Virus record (IMG/VR): IMGVR_UViG_3300032295_000548
Coordinates: 1-64,000 of that record
Source of the DNA: a virus
Lineage: Duplodnaviria; Caudoviricetes
DNA length: 64,000 bases
Strand: one strand, 5' to 3'
Shown here piece after piece: positions 16,520 to 25,261 of the stretch (positions are counted from its first letter, which is position 1; every line of letters starts with the position of its first letter). A program made the position numbers and the translations under genes. Below the pieces are notes generated by a model. The model was not told the DNA's origin. It saw only the letters and a program-made list of their open reading frames with translations, and searched no databases.

Positions 16520-16555
16520 ATTGTAATAAAAATAGCATTGCATTGCAATACTATT
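16520..16555 (-). promoter_or_regulatory. Sigma70-type promoter TTGCAA-N17-TACAAT for gp47, overlapped by a terminator-like hairpin
   Basis: -35 at 16543-16548, -10 at 16520-16525, ATG 6 nt further on. The hairpin AATAGtATTGC-AAT-GCAATgCTATT followed by Ts comes right after the gp55 stop. Confidence 0.65.
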
Positions 16556-16559
16556 GGAA

Positions 16560-17459
16560 TCATTCTTCAAAAACCGGGGAACCTGAAGCTATTCCCTGTC
16601 TAGACCAACTTGGGTTCAGACCATTCAACTCTAAAATATCATCCCGTATGTTTTGGTTACGCTTCTCGGTGTTCAGTACACGACAGAAACTATTAGTAAT
16701 TGCAGCCGTGTAATAAGCGAACGGGTTGGCAGATTTTGCTTCATTGAATCTTAATCCTACGTATGTTAATTGCAGAATCGCACTGTTACGCATTTCATCA
16801 TTGTAAGTATATCCACGCCAATTGTATTTCATGGCGTATTTTTCACACATCATAATGTACATACGAGCAAGCTTGTTAGTTATCTGTCCGTGATCTTTGG
16901 TAAAGTGACCCTTCGTTAATCCACCTGTCCAGTGACTTTTTCCTATACAGTAGAATGAATTGTTCTCATCAATCTTGTAGTGTTGAAAAGGCGGGAAGTT
17001 GACTTTGACATGAACCATGTCATCAACTTCATCTTTGGTTGTTGTATCTTCCAAATCTGCAAAGATTTCATCTGGATCACCTTCTTCAAATTCAAAGATA
17101 TCTTTGGCAGTTTTCTTTTTTACTGTTTTTCTGGGTTGTTTTTGCGATACAGGGATGTGATCCCAAGTCATGATTCTAAAGACTAAATCTGTAGCCGATA
17201 CTGTAGCAGGATCAACAGTAGATCCGGTTTCAATCGACAATCTATGTGCTCTGGTTTCTTTTGCTTGTTGAATAACTTCAGACGTAAAAGCATGTTCAAA
17301 TGACTTTTCTAAACTCTCAGTCGGCATGTCTACGATATAGTCATATCGATGATATTCGGGTTTAGTAAAGTAGCAATATGTTGATTTGCTTTCATGAATT
17401 TCTTTGAGAATGTCTTTATTATTCAAATAGTTAACTGGTTTTTTTGCGGGTATGGTCAT
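16560..17459 (-). CDS. gp55: Late-transcription sigma factor (gp55-like)
   Basis: Likely start MTIPAKK at 17459 (AAGGA SD). Motifs NYLNNKD, NWRGYTYNDEM and FNEAKSANPFAYYTAAITNSF..LNTEK; T4-like order 55-47-46. Confidence 0.85.
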   Translation of the reverse strand: MTIPAKKPVNYLNNKDILKEIHESKSTYCYFTKPEYHRYDYIVDMPTESLEKSFEHAFTSEVIQQAKETRAHRLSIETGSTVDPATVSATDLVFRIMTWDHIPVSQKQPRKTVKKKTAKDIFEFEEGDPDEIFADLEDTTTKDEVDDMVHVKVNFPPFQHYKIDENNSFYCIGKSHWTGGLTKGHFTKDHGQITNKLARMYIMMCEKYAMKYNWRGYTYNDEMRNSAILQLTYVGLRFNEAKSANPFAYYTAAITNSFCRVLNTEKRNQNIRDDILELNGLNPSWSRQGIASGSPVFEE

Positions 17460-17484
17460 AGAATCCTTGTAGTTCTTTGTTAGT

Positions 17485-17513
17485 AGAATAACACAAAAGT
17501 TGCGGAAAAGCAA
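17485..17513 (-). promoter_or_regulatory. Sigma70-type promoter TTGCTT-N17-TATTCT with extended TG, for gp55
   Basis: -35 at 17508-17513, -10 at 17485-17490. Confidence 0.55.
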
Positions 17514-17548
17514 CAAAAAGGGGAGAGAAAAGGTAAAAAAGCGCCATA

Positions 17549-17565
17549 ATATTTATGCTAAATAT
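17549..17565. promoter_or_regulatory. Palindromic back-to-back late promoter motifs ATATTTA-TGC-TAAATAT
   Basis: CTAAATA (+, 17558-17564) heads the baseplate operon; CATAAATA (-, 17550-17557) points towards gp55. Confidence 0.55.
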
Positions 17566-17584
17566 AGATAAGGATAAAACTATT

Positions 17585-18442
17585 ATGGCACTCGGCTTAC
17601 AAGGATCAATCGCACAGACAAGGCAACAGGCTACAGCCCAAGACCAGTACAACTACGCCGCATTACGAGACTGGCGAGTAGTTCTTAGACTCGCACCGGG
17701 TGCTGGTTACTTATATAAATCTCCTAACCCGGGAATCTTAACACCATTGACTAAGACCGACGGAGTAATCTTCCCGTATACACCGCAAATAGCAGTTCAA
17801 TATAGTGCTAGTTACGACCCTACGGAAATTATTCATAGTAATTACAAGATTTTTCAATACAAAGCCAGTAGTGTTGAATCTATTTCAATCACCTGCGATT
17901 TTACTGCACAAGATACATATGAAGCTAATTATATGTTAGCTGTCATACATTTTTTCAAATCAGCAACAAAGATGTTTTATGGAAACGATCAGGATCCAGT
18001 AAACGGAACACCCCCGCCATTATGTTATCTGAACGGATTGGGAGAGTTTCAATTTAATGAACACCCCTTAGCTATTACTAGTTTTAACTATAACCTACCC
18101 AATGATGTAGATTATATTCGTGCCAGTTCAACTGATAACTTTGGGGATATGGCGGAAACCGCTAAAGCAACTTCTTTGTCCGAAAATGCTACTAGCGCAA
18201 GAACCTCAAGTTCAGGCATAGGTCAAGGGGGTCTACCTCTTCCACCGCAATGGGCATCGACAAAAAGTAACGGTAATGCCCCTGGTACCGTAGAACCTAC
18301 GTATGTACCCACAAAAATACAAATGCAAATCAGTGCTGTACCGATAATAAGTAGACAAGATATAAGTCAAAGCTTCAGCCTACGTGATTATGCTTCAGGT
18401 AAGTTGTTGAAAGGTGCATCTAGAGGCGGAGGTATTTGGTAA
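17585..18442 (+). CDS. Baseplate/tail-tube initiator-like protein (gp48/gp54-like)
   Basis: Likely start MALGLQ at 17585. Motifs GVIFPYTPQI, GTPPPLCYLNGLG, ITSFNYNLPNDVDY and VPTKIQM; precedes gp53. Confidence 0.6.
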   Translation: MALGLQGSIAQTRQQATAQDQYNYAALRDWRVVLRLAPGAGYLYKSPNPGILTPLTKTDGVIFPYTPQIAVQYSASYDPTEIIHSNYKIFQYKASSVESISITCDFTAQDTYEANYMLAVIHFFKSATKMFYGNDQDPVNGTPPPLCYLNGLGEFQFNEHPLAITSFNYNLPNDVDYIRASSTDNFGDMAETAKATSLSENATSARTSSSGIGQGGLPLPPQWASTKSNGNAPGTVEPTYVPTKIQMQISAVPIISRQDISQSFSLRDYASGKLLKGASRGGGIW

Positions 18443-18756
18443 TGGCTGGCATAAACAATCTATATCCTGCAACAAGTCCGTATGCAAATACAGACATTGT
18501 TAATAAGAAATTCTTAGATGTGATGACTAACAGACCTATACCTGCATTAGCATCAGATGTATTTTGGGCCATCACACCTGTGTATGAATTTAGACCTGAT
18601 TTACTAGCATACGATTTGTATAGCGATGCTAGATTATGGTGGGTGTTTGCTCAACGAAATCCTAACAGACTTAAAGATCCGTATTTTGACTTTATTACTG
18701 GTAAAGAAATATATCTTCCTAAAATGGACACACTAAAGAGAGTACTTGGTATATAA
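18442..18756 (+). CDS. gp53: Baseplate wedge protein (gp53-like, LysM-related)
   Basis: RPDLLAYDLYSDARLWWVF...N...DP; TAATG overlap with the upstream gene. Confidence 0.85.
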   Translation: MAGINNLYPATSPYANTDIVNKKFLDVMTNRPIPALASDVFWAITPVYEFRPDLLAYDLYSDARLWWVFAQRNPNRLKDPYFDFITGKEIYLPKMDTLKRVLGI

Positions 18757-18757
18757 T

Positions 18758-20971
18758 ATGGCAGATCCAATCTATGATGCAATGGGTAACTTCACGGGTA
18801 TGTATGCGGATGAGACACCGATACAAACTGCGCCGTTAACATCAGATCCGGAAACTTCAAACACAGGAACTACACAAGCAGGTGATCCAGGTGTTTCAAA
18901 TGAATTTGGAATAGGTACTAGACCGTATAATCCATTGAGCGTCTATTCTAGTTACACATATCAACTATCACTATGGATGATAACCCCTGACGCACTTGAG
19001 CAATTCAACCTAAGTGGTAGAAAAGACATTACTCAGTTTAATGGAACAGGCAACGAAGCAGCCGGCGCCGGCGTAGGTGGCGCATATCTAGTGGCACAAA
19101 GTGGTGGCATCAACAATCCTGCACTTAGAGCACCGGGATTTGAATACGATTACTTCATTGATAACTTGAGAATAGTATCTGCGGTCAGTGATTCTTCTAC
19201 ACAATCTCCTACAATTAATACAACGCTGGATTTTACGATTGTTGAACAGTATGGATTTAGATTTATAACTAATTTAAAAAGAGCTAAAGAAGCACTAGAA
19301 CGATATTCTAATGCAGCCAACTTCAAAGATAGTACTAATGCTAGCAGACAATTTTTTGTGTTAGGTGTAAAGTTTTTAGGATATGATGCTCAGGGTAACT
19401 TGATTACACAGTTTCCAATAGCAAACGTACCGGATCCGACATTCCAAAGATACTATAATATTAATATAACTAAAATTGGGTTTAAGTTAGATGGTAAGAG
19501 CGTAATTTATAACATCAATGCTGCCTCAGTAGAGTTGCAGGCAGCATTTGGACAAAAGAGAGGTGTCATCGATAAAGGTGCTCCTCAATTGGTTGGCAAT
19601 ACAGTTGAGCAAATATTAAATCAGATGATGAATAAAATAACATCTGACCAAGAAGGTGATGTAAAAGCTAAAAAACGTGAATTTGCAAACAAATATAGTG
19701 TCACCTATTTGGGGGATGCTGAATCTATAGCTAAATCTTCAATTGTTAGTTCTGCTGACTTGAGTAAGCAAAAATGGCCAATGGGAAAACCTACTGATAA
19801 AACTACTGTTAATCCAAGTTTAGCCACCAGGGCACAACCTAACAATAATGAAAGAACTGTGTCTATTGCCAAAGACACCCCAATCACACAGGCTATTACT
19901 AACATAATCACTCAGAGTGATTATTTGGTCAATGGTCTGAAAGCTGTTTATGAAACCGATGAACAACCTGACGCTAAAAGTGAAACACAAGAAGCAGAAA
20001 AGATTGATAGCAATAAGAGATTGAAATGGTTCAATATTGCGCCCGTAGTATCTAATATTAAGTTTGACACTATAGTCAAAGATTGGACATTTGATATCGA
20101 ATATCAAATAAGAACTTATGAAATACCTGTACTAAAGTCGGCATATGCAGATAAAACAACTCCATACTATGGTGGAGTAAAACGATATGAATATTGGTGG
20201 ACTGGTAAAAATTCAGAAATCATACGATACGAACAATCATTAGATAACGCTTATTTTAGTGTAGCATTAGGTGCAGGTGATGCATCTAGTACTGCAACTG
20301 GTGGAAACGCACAAGTTCCTATTGCGACTAGTAAAGTTCAACCCAGTGACAGACTAGGCAAAATTGGTGTAGGTAAAGAGGCACAGAATAGTGTAACTAC
20401 TGATTTAAATGGTGGTGATTGGGCTAAAGCAAAGATAGAAATATTAGGTGACCCTGACTGGTTAGCAAATGAAGTACCAACTGGCACTGAAATAGACAAA
20501 TCATTCTACGGAGCAGATGGATACACAGTAGATTTTAAAGCAGGTCAAGTGTTCATTGAAATAAAATTTGTAGAAGCAATGGATTATGATAATGAAATAG
20601 GATTGATGGAAATAAATCAAGATGTGTTATTTTGGGATTATCCTGTATCAATTGCTAAGAAATTGAATGGCGCAATAAGCTATCAAGTAACTACTATTAA
20701 GCATAATTTTAGAGGTGGTAAGTTTACACAAGAATTAGAATTATCACTAAACACCTTTGCTGAATCTCAAGAAACTACAGTATTACAGCAAAGAGAACGT
20801 GATAGAGCTGATAGAGCATCTGCCGAAACGGCAGCAGATAACACAAGAGAAACTGAAAGTTTAGCATCCAGATACCCACCACCGGTGGGATTATCATCAG
20901 ATCCAAAATTATCTCCTGGTGCATCTGCTGGATTAACCACACCTACTGAGATAGGAGATAACGATGGCTGA
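18758..20971 (+). CDS. Baseplate hub protein (gp27-like)
   Basis: Sits between gp53 and gp5; C-terminal IEILGDP...YQVTTIKHNFRGGKFTQEL pattern typical of hub proteins. Confidence 0.6.
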   Translation: MADPIYDAMGNFTGMYADETPIQTAPLTSDPETSNTGTTQAGDPGVSNEFGIGTRPYNPLSVYSSYTYQLSLWMITPDALEQFNLSGRKDITQFNGTGNEAAGAGVGGAYLVAQSGGINNPALRAPGFEYDYFIDNLRIVSAVSDSSTQSPTINTTLDFTIVEQYGFRFITNLKRAKEALERYSNAANFKDSTNASRQFFVLGVKFLGYDAQGNLITQFPIANVPDPTFQRYYNINITKIGFKLDGKSVIYNINAASVELQAAFGQKRGVIDKGAPQLVGNTVEQILNQMMNKITSDQEGDVKAKKREFANKYSVTYLGDAESIAKSSIVSSADLSKQKWPMGKPTDKTTVNPSLATRAQPNNNERTVSIAKDTPITQAITNIITQSDYLVNGLKAVYETDEQPDAKSETQEAEKIDSNKRLKWFNIAPVVSNIKFDTIVKDWTFDIEYQIRTYEIPVLKSAYADKTTPYYGGVKRYEYWWTGKNSEIIRYEQSLDNAYFSVALGAGDASSTATGGNAQVPIATSKVQPSDRLGKIGVGKEAQNSVTTDLNGGDWAKAKIEILGDPDWLANEVPTGTEIDKSFYGADGYTVDFKAGQVFIEIKFVEAMDYDNEIGLMEINQDVLFWDYPVSIAKKLNGAISYQVTTIKHNFRGGKFTQELELSLNTFAESQETTVLQQRERDRADRASAETAADNTRETESLASRYPPPVGLSSDPKLSPGASAGLTTPTEIGDNDG

Positions 20972-23900
20972 AGATATTATTAAGCCAGCCGGCGCCTCGA
21001 AAGCAAGTAAACCAGACGCCGGCGGTGGTGTCATTCGAAGTGTACCTGTATTTGGAGTTGTTAAAAATAACGTTGATCCTACAAGAGCAGGCAGATTACA
21101 AGTATATGTAACTGAATTAGGTAGTGATGATCCGGATAGCCCGGATGGATGGGTAACTGTATCCTATATGACTCCGTTCTATGGTTCAGTAGAACCTACG
21201 GCAGGAGAAACAGGTGACGGGGACTTTGCGGCTAATCCTGCAAGCTATGGTATGTGGAATAGTCCTCCCGACTTAGGTACTACTGTTATCTGTATATTCA
21301 TCAACGGTGATCCAAACTATGGCTTTTGGATAGGTTGTGTGCCTAAACCTGAAGCATTGCACATGGTACCTGCAATCGGCTCAAGTCAAAACATTATTAC
21401 GAATAACAATAGTGAAGCACAAAGCTATGGCGGTGCAGAACAACTTCCTGTAACTAACATAAATTCTAACAATCCTGCAGTTGCAGATGGAAACAATTTT
21501 CTAGACGAACCAAAACCAGTACACAGTTATATAGCGTCTATCTTATTCAAACAAGGTTTGATACGTGATCCTCTAAGAGGCACTATAACCACTAGCGCAC
21601 AACGAGAAAGTCCTAGTAGAGTTGGTTGGGGTGTAAGCTCACCCGGTCGTCCAATCTTTGCCGGCGGATATACGGATGCTAGTATTGTACAAGCCGCACA
21701 GTCTGGTAAAGACTCTGCCGGTATGACAGTGATTTCACGTAGAGGTGGACATTCATTTGTAATGGATGATGGAGATTTAGTTGGTAGAGATCAACTAGTG
21801 CGTATGCGTTCATCATCAGGTCATCAAATATTAATGAGTGATGATGGACAAACAATATTCATCATTCACGGAAACGGTCAATCATGGATTGAGATGGGCA
21901 AAGAAGGCACCATTGATATGTTCTGTACGAACAGTTTTAACGTCAGAACTCAAGGTGATATCAACTTCCACGCCGATACTAACATCAACATTCACGCTAA
22001 GAAAAAATTAAACATCAAGGCTGAAGATATTACTATTCAGTCTGAAAAGAGTACAAGTCATAAAGTTGGAACTGATTACAAGATAGAAACCTCAGGTAAG
22101 TATAACCTCAAAGTAGGCGGGACGATGAGCTTCCAGTCAGGTGGAGAGGGTAGTTTTAATGCAGGTGGCACTTGCTATATTAATGGTAGCAGAGTTAACT
22201 TGAATACAGGTCAAGGCGCCGCCCCTGATGCAGTACCACCATTACAAGACATTGGTCACACTGATACAATGTTTGAATCAGTTAAAGGCTACATTGCCGC
22301 ACCCGGTACATTAAAGAGTATTACTTCTAGAGCACCGGCACATGCACCATGGTCTAATGCTAATCAAGGTGTCAACGTAAGCACTAGCTCAAATGCAAGT
22401 GATAATTTACCTGATTCACCTAGTTCAAGCGTAGAGCAAGCAAATGAAGCTGCCTCAGTAGCACCTACAGGAAATCCTGTGCAGCCTGCGGCATTGTCAA
22501 CTGTTCCTGCAACTCCTGCAGTAAGCGAAGCAATGGATCCGCAAGCAACTGCCGCAACGGTCAGTGCAGTCGCAACCAATGCGGCAACAGGAGCGGCAGC
22601 AGCCGCTGTTGCAACAGGTTCAGGTATCGTTCAAACAGCACAAGGACAAGTAGCATCACTTGGTGCATTGGCACAATCTCCTGCGCAACTTGAGGCTGCC
22701 GGCATATTAAAACCAGGTTCTTCTGCTTTAGTTGACTCACTAGTTAAGTCAGGATCTCCGTTATCACAAGCACTACCAAACAACTTGTTCACTGGACAAG
22801 GTGGTATATCAAGCTTAACATCCTTCGTAGGCAATCAAGGTGCACAGATTTCAGGTATGGTTTCTAACTTACAAAAATCACAAACTGCATTAACAGGAGC
22901 AGGATTGATATCTGGTAAAGAATCATCCACTTCAATTGCTGGTTTAATTATGTCAGGTGCTACTGCCGGTATTTCTAACACAATTAATGCAGTCAAGAAT
23001 CTAGGAACATTAGCTTCTAATATTTCTTTACCTAGCTTAGGATTACCCGGTGTAACTAATCCAATCACAAACGCTATCAGTTCAGGTAACTATGCAGCCG
23101 GGCTAGCACAATCAAGTACAGGTGGATTAGGATCCATTATGAGTACTGTTCTTCCTGTTGCAGGATTGATTGCAGGTTCTAAATTAAACAGTAAAGGATC
23201 AAGTGCAGCCGCATTTGGTTTGATTGCCGCGTCATTGACTGCATTACCGCGTGGCCCGGTAAACTTGAGATCCAATTCTAATGCTAACTATGACCTAGCA
23301 GTAGCAAGATCATCTGGATACAATGATCCATTTAATTCTGCCGCTAGATTATTAAGAACAACTGGACAAATTTTAGGTGGCAGAAATGCTAGAGTTACCA
23401 GTGCAGTTGCCGGAGGCATCACTGCTATCGGTAGACTGAATGGTGCTAATACACCGTCTCAAGCATTAACTGGATTGACCGGAGTACTTGGATCTATCGG
23501 ATCTATCGGATCTGCTTTGGGTAATAAGTCTATTGCTAAAGCTTCTAGGGATGTTAATGCTATCATAGGTGTATCCAAGCAACTAAATAGGAACCTATCA
23601 ACTATTGCTAATGCCAAGACAGCATCACAGGCCTTAGGTGGGTTGATTGGTGTCTTTGGTGGTGTAGGTCGTGGAGCATCTATATTTGGTAATAAGAATG
23701 TATTGAATAGAACTAGAGATGTTAATAAGATTTTAACCAACACCGGTCAAATTTTAAGAGCGTCAAACGTATTGGCCACAAGTAAGAATATAAATCAAAC
23801 ATTGGGTGCATACGGATCAATCATCAACGCCGCAGGAAGAATTGCCGGCGTGTTTGGTAAAAACAGTAAGAGCACAGGATTGTTTGGTATTCCTGGTGGA

Positions 23901-24740
23901 CAGTTAAGTGTAGGATCAATTGTCAATAAGTCATTAGGATCATTGGGTATCCCTAAAAATCCTGCATTGAATTCTATTATTACTAATGCAGTAACCGGGG
24001 CAATTAATAAGATTGCATTCCCTAGTGCAGTTAAAGGTGCCGCAGGGTTAGCCGCAGGCTTGCCTAATCTACCTTCAGGATTACCTGGATTACCAACAAG
24101 TCAGATTACAAATGCACTGAGCAGTTTACAATCAGCCGGACAAAATCTAACAGGTTTAGCGTTAAATGATTTAACATTGGGAGAAGCAGGGCCACTTAAT
24201 GCGGCAATGTCTGCTATTGGCTTTGGTGGTGCCGGCGCAATTAAGATGCCTAGTATTGGTCTAAACACTAACGATGTCGCTGAAGTAAATGGACAAATCA
24301 ATTCACTATTAGAAGATAGTAGAATTCCTAGACCAGACTTTGGTGATATTGATGAGTCTGCGGTAGCATTACTAGATGCAATATTAGCTCAAAACGATCA
24401 AATAGACAGCGCATTTGAAGAAATTGATAGTTTAACTATTGAAGTAGAGTCTGCTAGGGAAGAATACTTCACATTAGAAAATAATTTACCGCAGGGTTCA
24501 CCTGAAGTAGAATCTGCTAGAGAAGCTTGGATTGCACTAAGTCAAGATTTAGAAGATAGGTTAGAAGCAATTAATGGTGTTATCAATCAAGCTGCCGCTA
24601 GTAATGAACAGAGTGAACAGACATTCGCAGGGTATACTGGTCCGTCTGTCGTATATGCGGCAGATGGTACTAGCTCACCAGTAGATAGTTTAGGTAATGC
24701 AATACGACCATTGATTAATGGCAGTTTTGGTACAGGTTAA
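20964..24740 (+). CDS. gp5: Baseplate central spike (gp5/VgrG-like) with long C-terminal extension
   Basis: OB-fold motifs (GVVKNNVDPTRAGRLQV, SYGMWNSPPDLGTTVICIF), beta-helix repeats (GHSFVMDD, GHQILMSD), APAHAPW, then ~800 extra aa. Confidence 0.8.
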   Translation: MAEDIIKPAGASKASKPDAGGGVIRSVPVFGVVKNNVDPTRAGRLQVYVTELGSDDPDSPDGWVTVSYMTPFYGSVEPTAGETGDGDFAANPASYGMWNSPPDLGTTVICIFINGDPNYGFWIGCVPKPEALHMVPAIGSSQNIITNNNSEAQSYGGAEQLPVTNINSNNPAVADGNNFLDEPKPVHSYIASILFKQGLIRDPLRGTITTSAQRESPSRVGWGVSSPGRPIFAGGYTDASIVQAAQSGKDSAGMTVISRRGGHSFVMDDGDLVGRDQLVRMRSSSGHQILMSDDGQTIFIIHGNGQSWIEMGKEGTIDMFCTNSFNVRTQGDINFHADTNINIHAKKKLNIKAEDITIQSEKSTSHKVGTDYKIETSGKYNLKVGGTMSFQSGGEGSFNAGGTCYINGSRVNLNTGQGAAPDAVPPLQDIGHTDTMFESVKGYIAAPGTLKSITSRAPAHAPWSNANQGVNVSTSSNASDNLPDSPSSSVEQANEAASVAPTGNPVQPAALSTVPATPAVSEAMDPQATAATVSAVATNAATGAAAAAVATGSGIVQTAQGQVASLGALAQSPAQLEAAGILKPGSSALVDSLVKSGSPLSQALPNNLFTGQGGISSLTSFVGNQGAQISGMVSNLQKSQTALTGAGLISGKESSTSIAGLIMSGATAGISNTINAVKNLGTLASNISLPSLGLPGVTNPITNAISSGNYAAGLAQSSTGGLGSIMSTVLPVAGLIAGSKLNSKGSSAAAFGLIAASLTALPRGPVNLRSNSNANYDLAVARSSGYNDPFNSAARLLRTTGQILGGRNARVTSAVAGGITAIGRLNGANTPSQALTGLTGVLGSIGSIGSALGNKSIAKASRDVNAIIGVSKQLNRNLSTIANAKTASQALGGLIGVFGGVGRGASIFGNKNVLNRTRDVNKILTNTGQILRASNVLATSKNINQTLGAYGSIINAAGRIAGVFGKNSKSTGLFGIPGGQLSVGSIVNKSLGSLGIPKNPALNSIITNAVTGAINKIAFPSAVKGAAGLAAGLPNLPSGLPGLPTSQITNALSSLQSAGQNLTGLALNDLTLGEAGPLNAAMSAIGFGGAGAIKMPSIGLNTNDVAEVNGQINSLLEDSRIPRPDFGDIDESAVALLDAILAQNDQIDSAFEEIDSLTIEVESAREEYFTLENNLPQGSPEVESAREAWIALSQDLEDRLEAINGVINQAAASNEQSEQTFAGYTGPSVVYAADGTSSPVDSLGNAIRPLINGSFGTG

Positions 24741-24745
24741 GGATG

Positions 24746-24753
24746 TATAAATA
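24746..24753 (+). promoter_or_regulatory. Late promoter TATAAATA
   Basis: Exact T4 late consensus, 5 nt before the gp25 ATG. Confidence 0.7.
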
Positions 24754-24758
24754 ATATT

Positions 24759-25208
24759 ATGCCACAGTACATAGGATTTAGCACAATTGGTGCAAACTTA
24801 CCAAGAACAACTAATGCCCCCACAGGAAACGACGGGGGCGTTGGTTCTGTTAAATGGTTTGTAAATACTGGCCGAAAATACAGACTACTTGATGAACAGT
24901 TAGTCATGCAAGATTTTGTCAATGCATTGAATATCAGACAAGGACAGAAGGTAGGTCAACCGGGATATGGAACCACACTGTGGAACTTTGTGTTTGAACC
25001 TAATACACCTGACGTTCAATTTAAACTAGAAACTGAATTACGTAGAGTAGGTAATTTGGATCCTAGATTATTAGTTAATACGGTAAAGGCATACCCGCAA
25101 GAAAACGGAATTTTGTTAGAAATGGAAGTTGCAGTAGCACCTTTCAATCAAGCTAATTTATTATCCGTCTTTCTAAGTTCTTCTACAAGCCGCGCGGCAA
25201 TACAATAA
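24759..25208 (+). CDS. gp25: Baseplate wedge subunit
   Basis: NIRQGQKVGQPGYGTTLWNFVFEP...DPRL. Confidence 0.88.
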   Translation: MPQYIGFSTIGANLPRTTNAPTGNDGGVGSVKWFVNTGRKYRLLDEQLVMQDFVNALNIRQGQKVGQPGYGTTLWNFVFEPNTPDVQFKLETELRRVGNLDPRLLVNTVKAYPQENGILLEMEVAVAPFNQANLLSVFLSSSTSRAAIQ

Positions 25209-25209
25209 C

Positions 25210-25243
25210 CCTAAAAAAAGTCGGTTTTTAGGTATGATAAATA
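25210..25243 (+). promoter_or_regulatory. Inverted repeat followed by late promoter GATAAATA
   Basis: CCTAAAAA/TTTTTAGG (25210-25232), then GATAAATA (25236-25243) upstream of gp6. Confidence 0.55.
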
Positions 25244-25261
25244 CTTAAAAGAGATATACCT

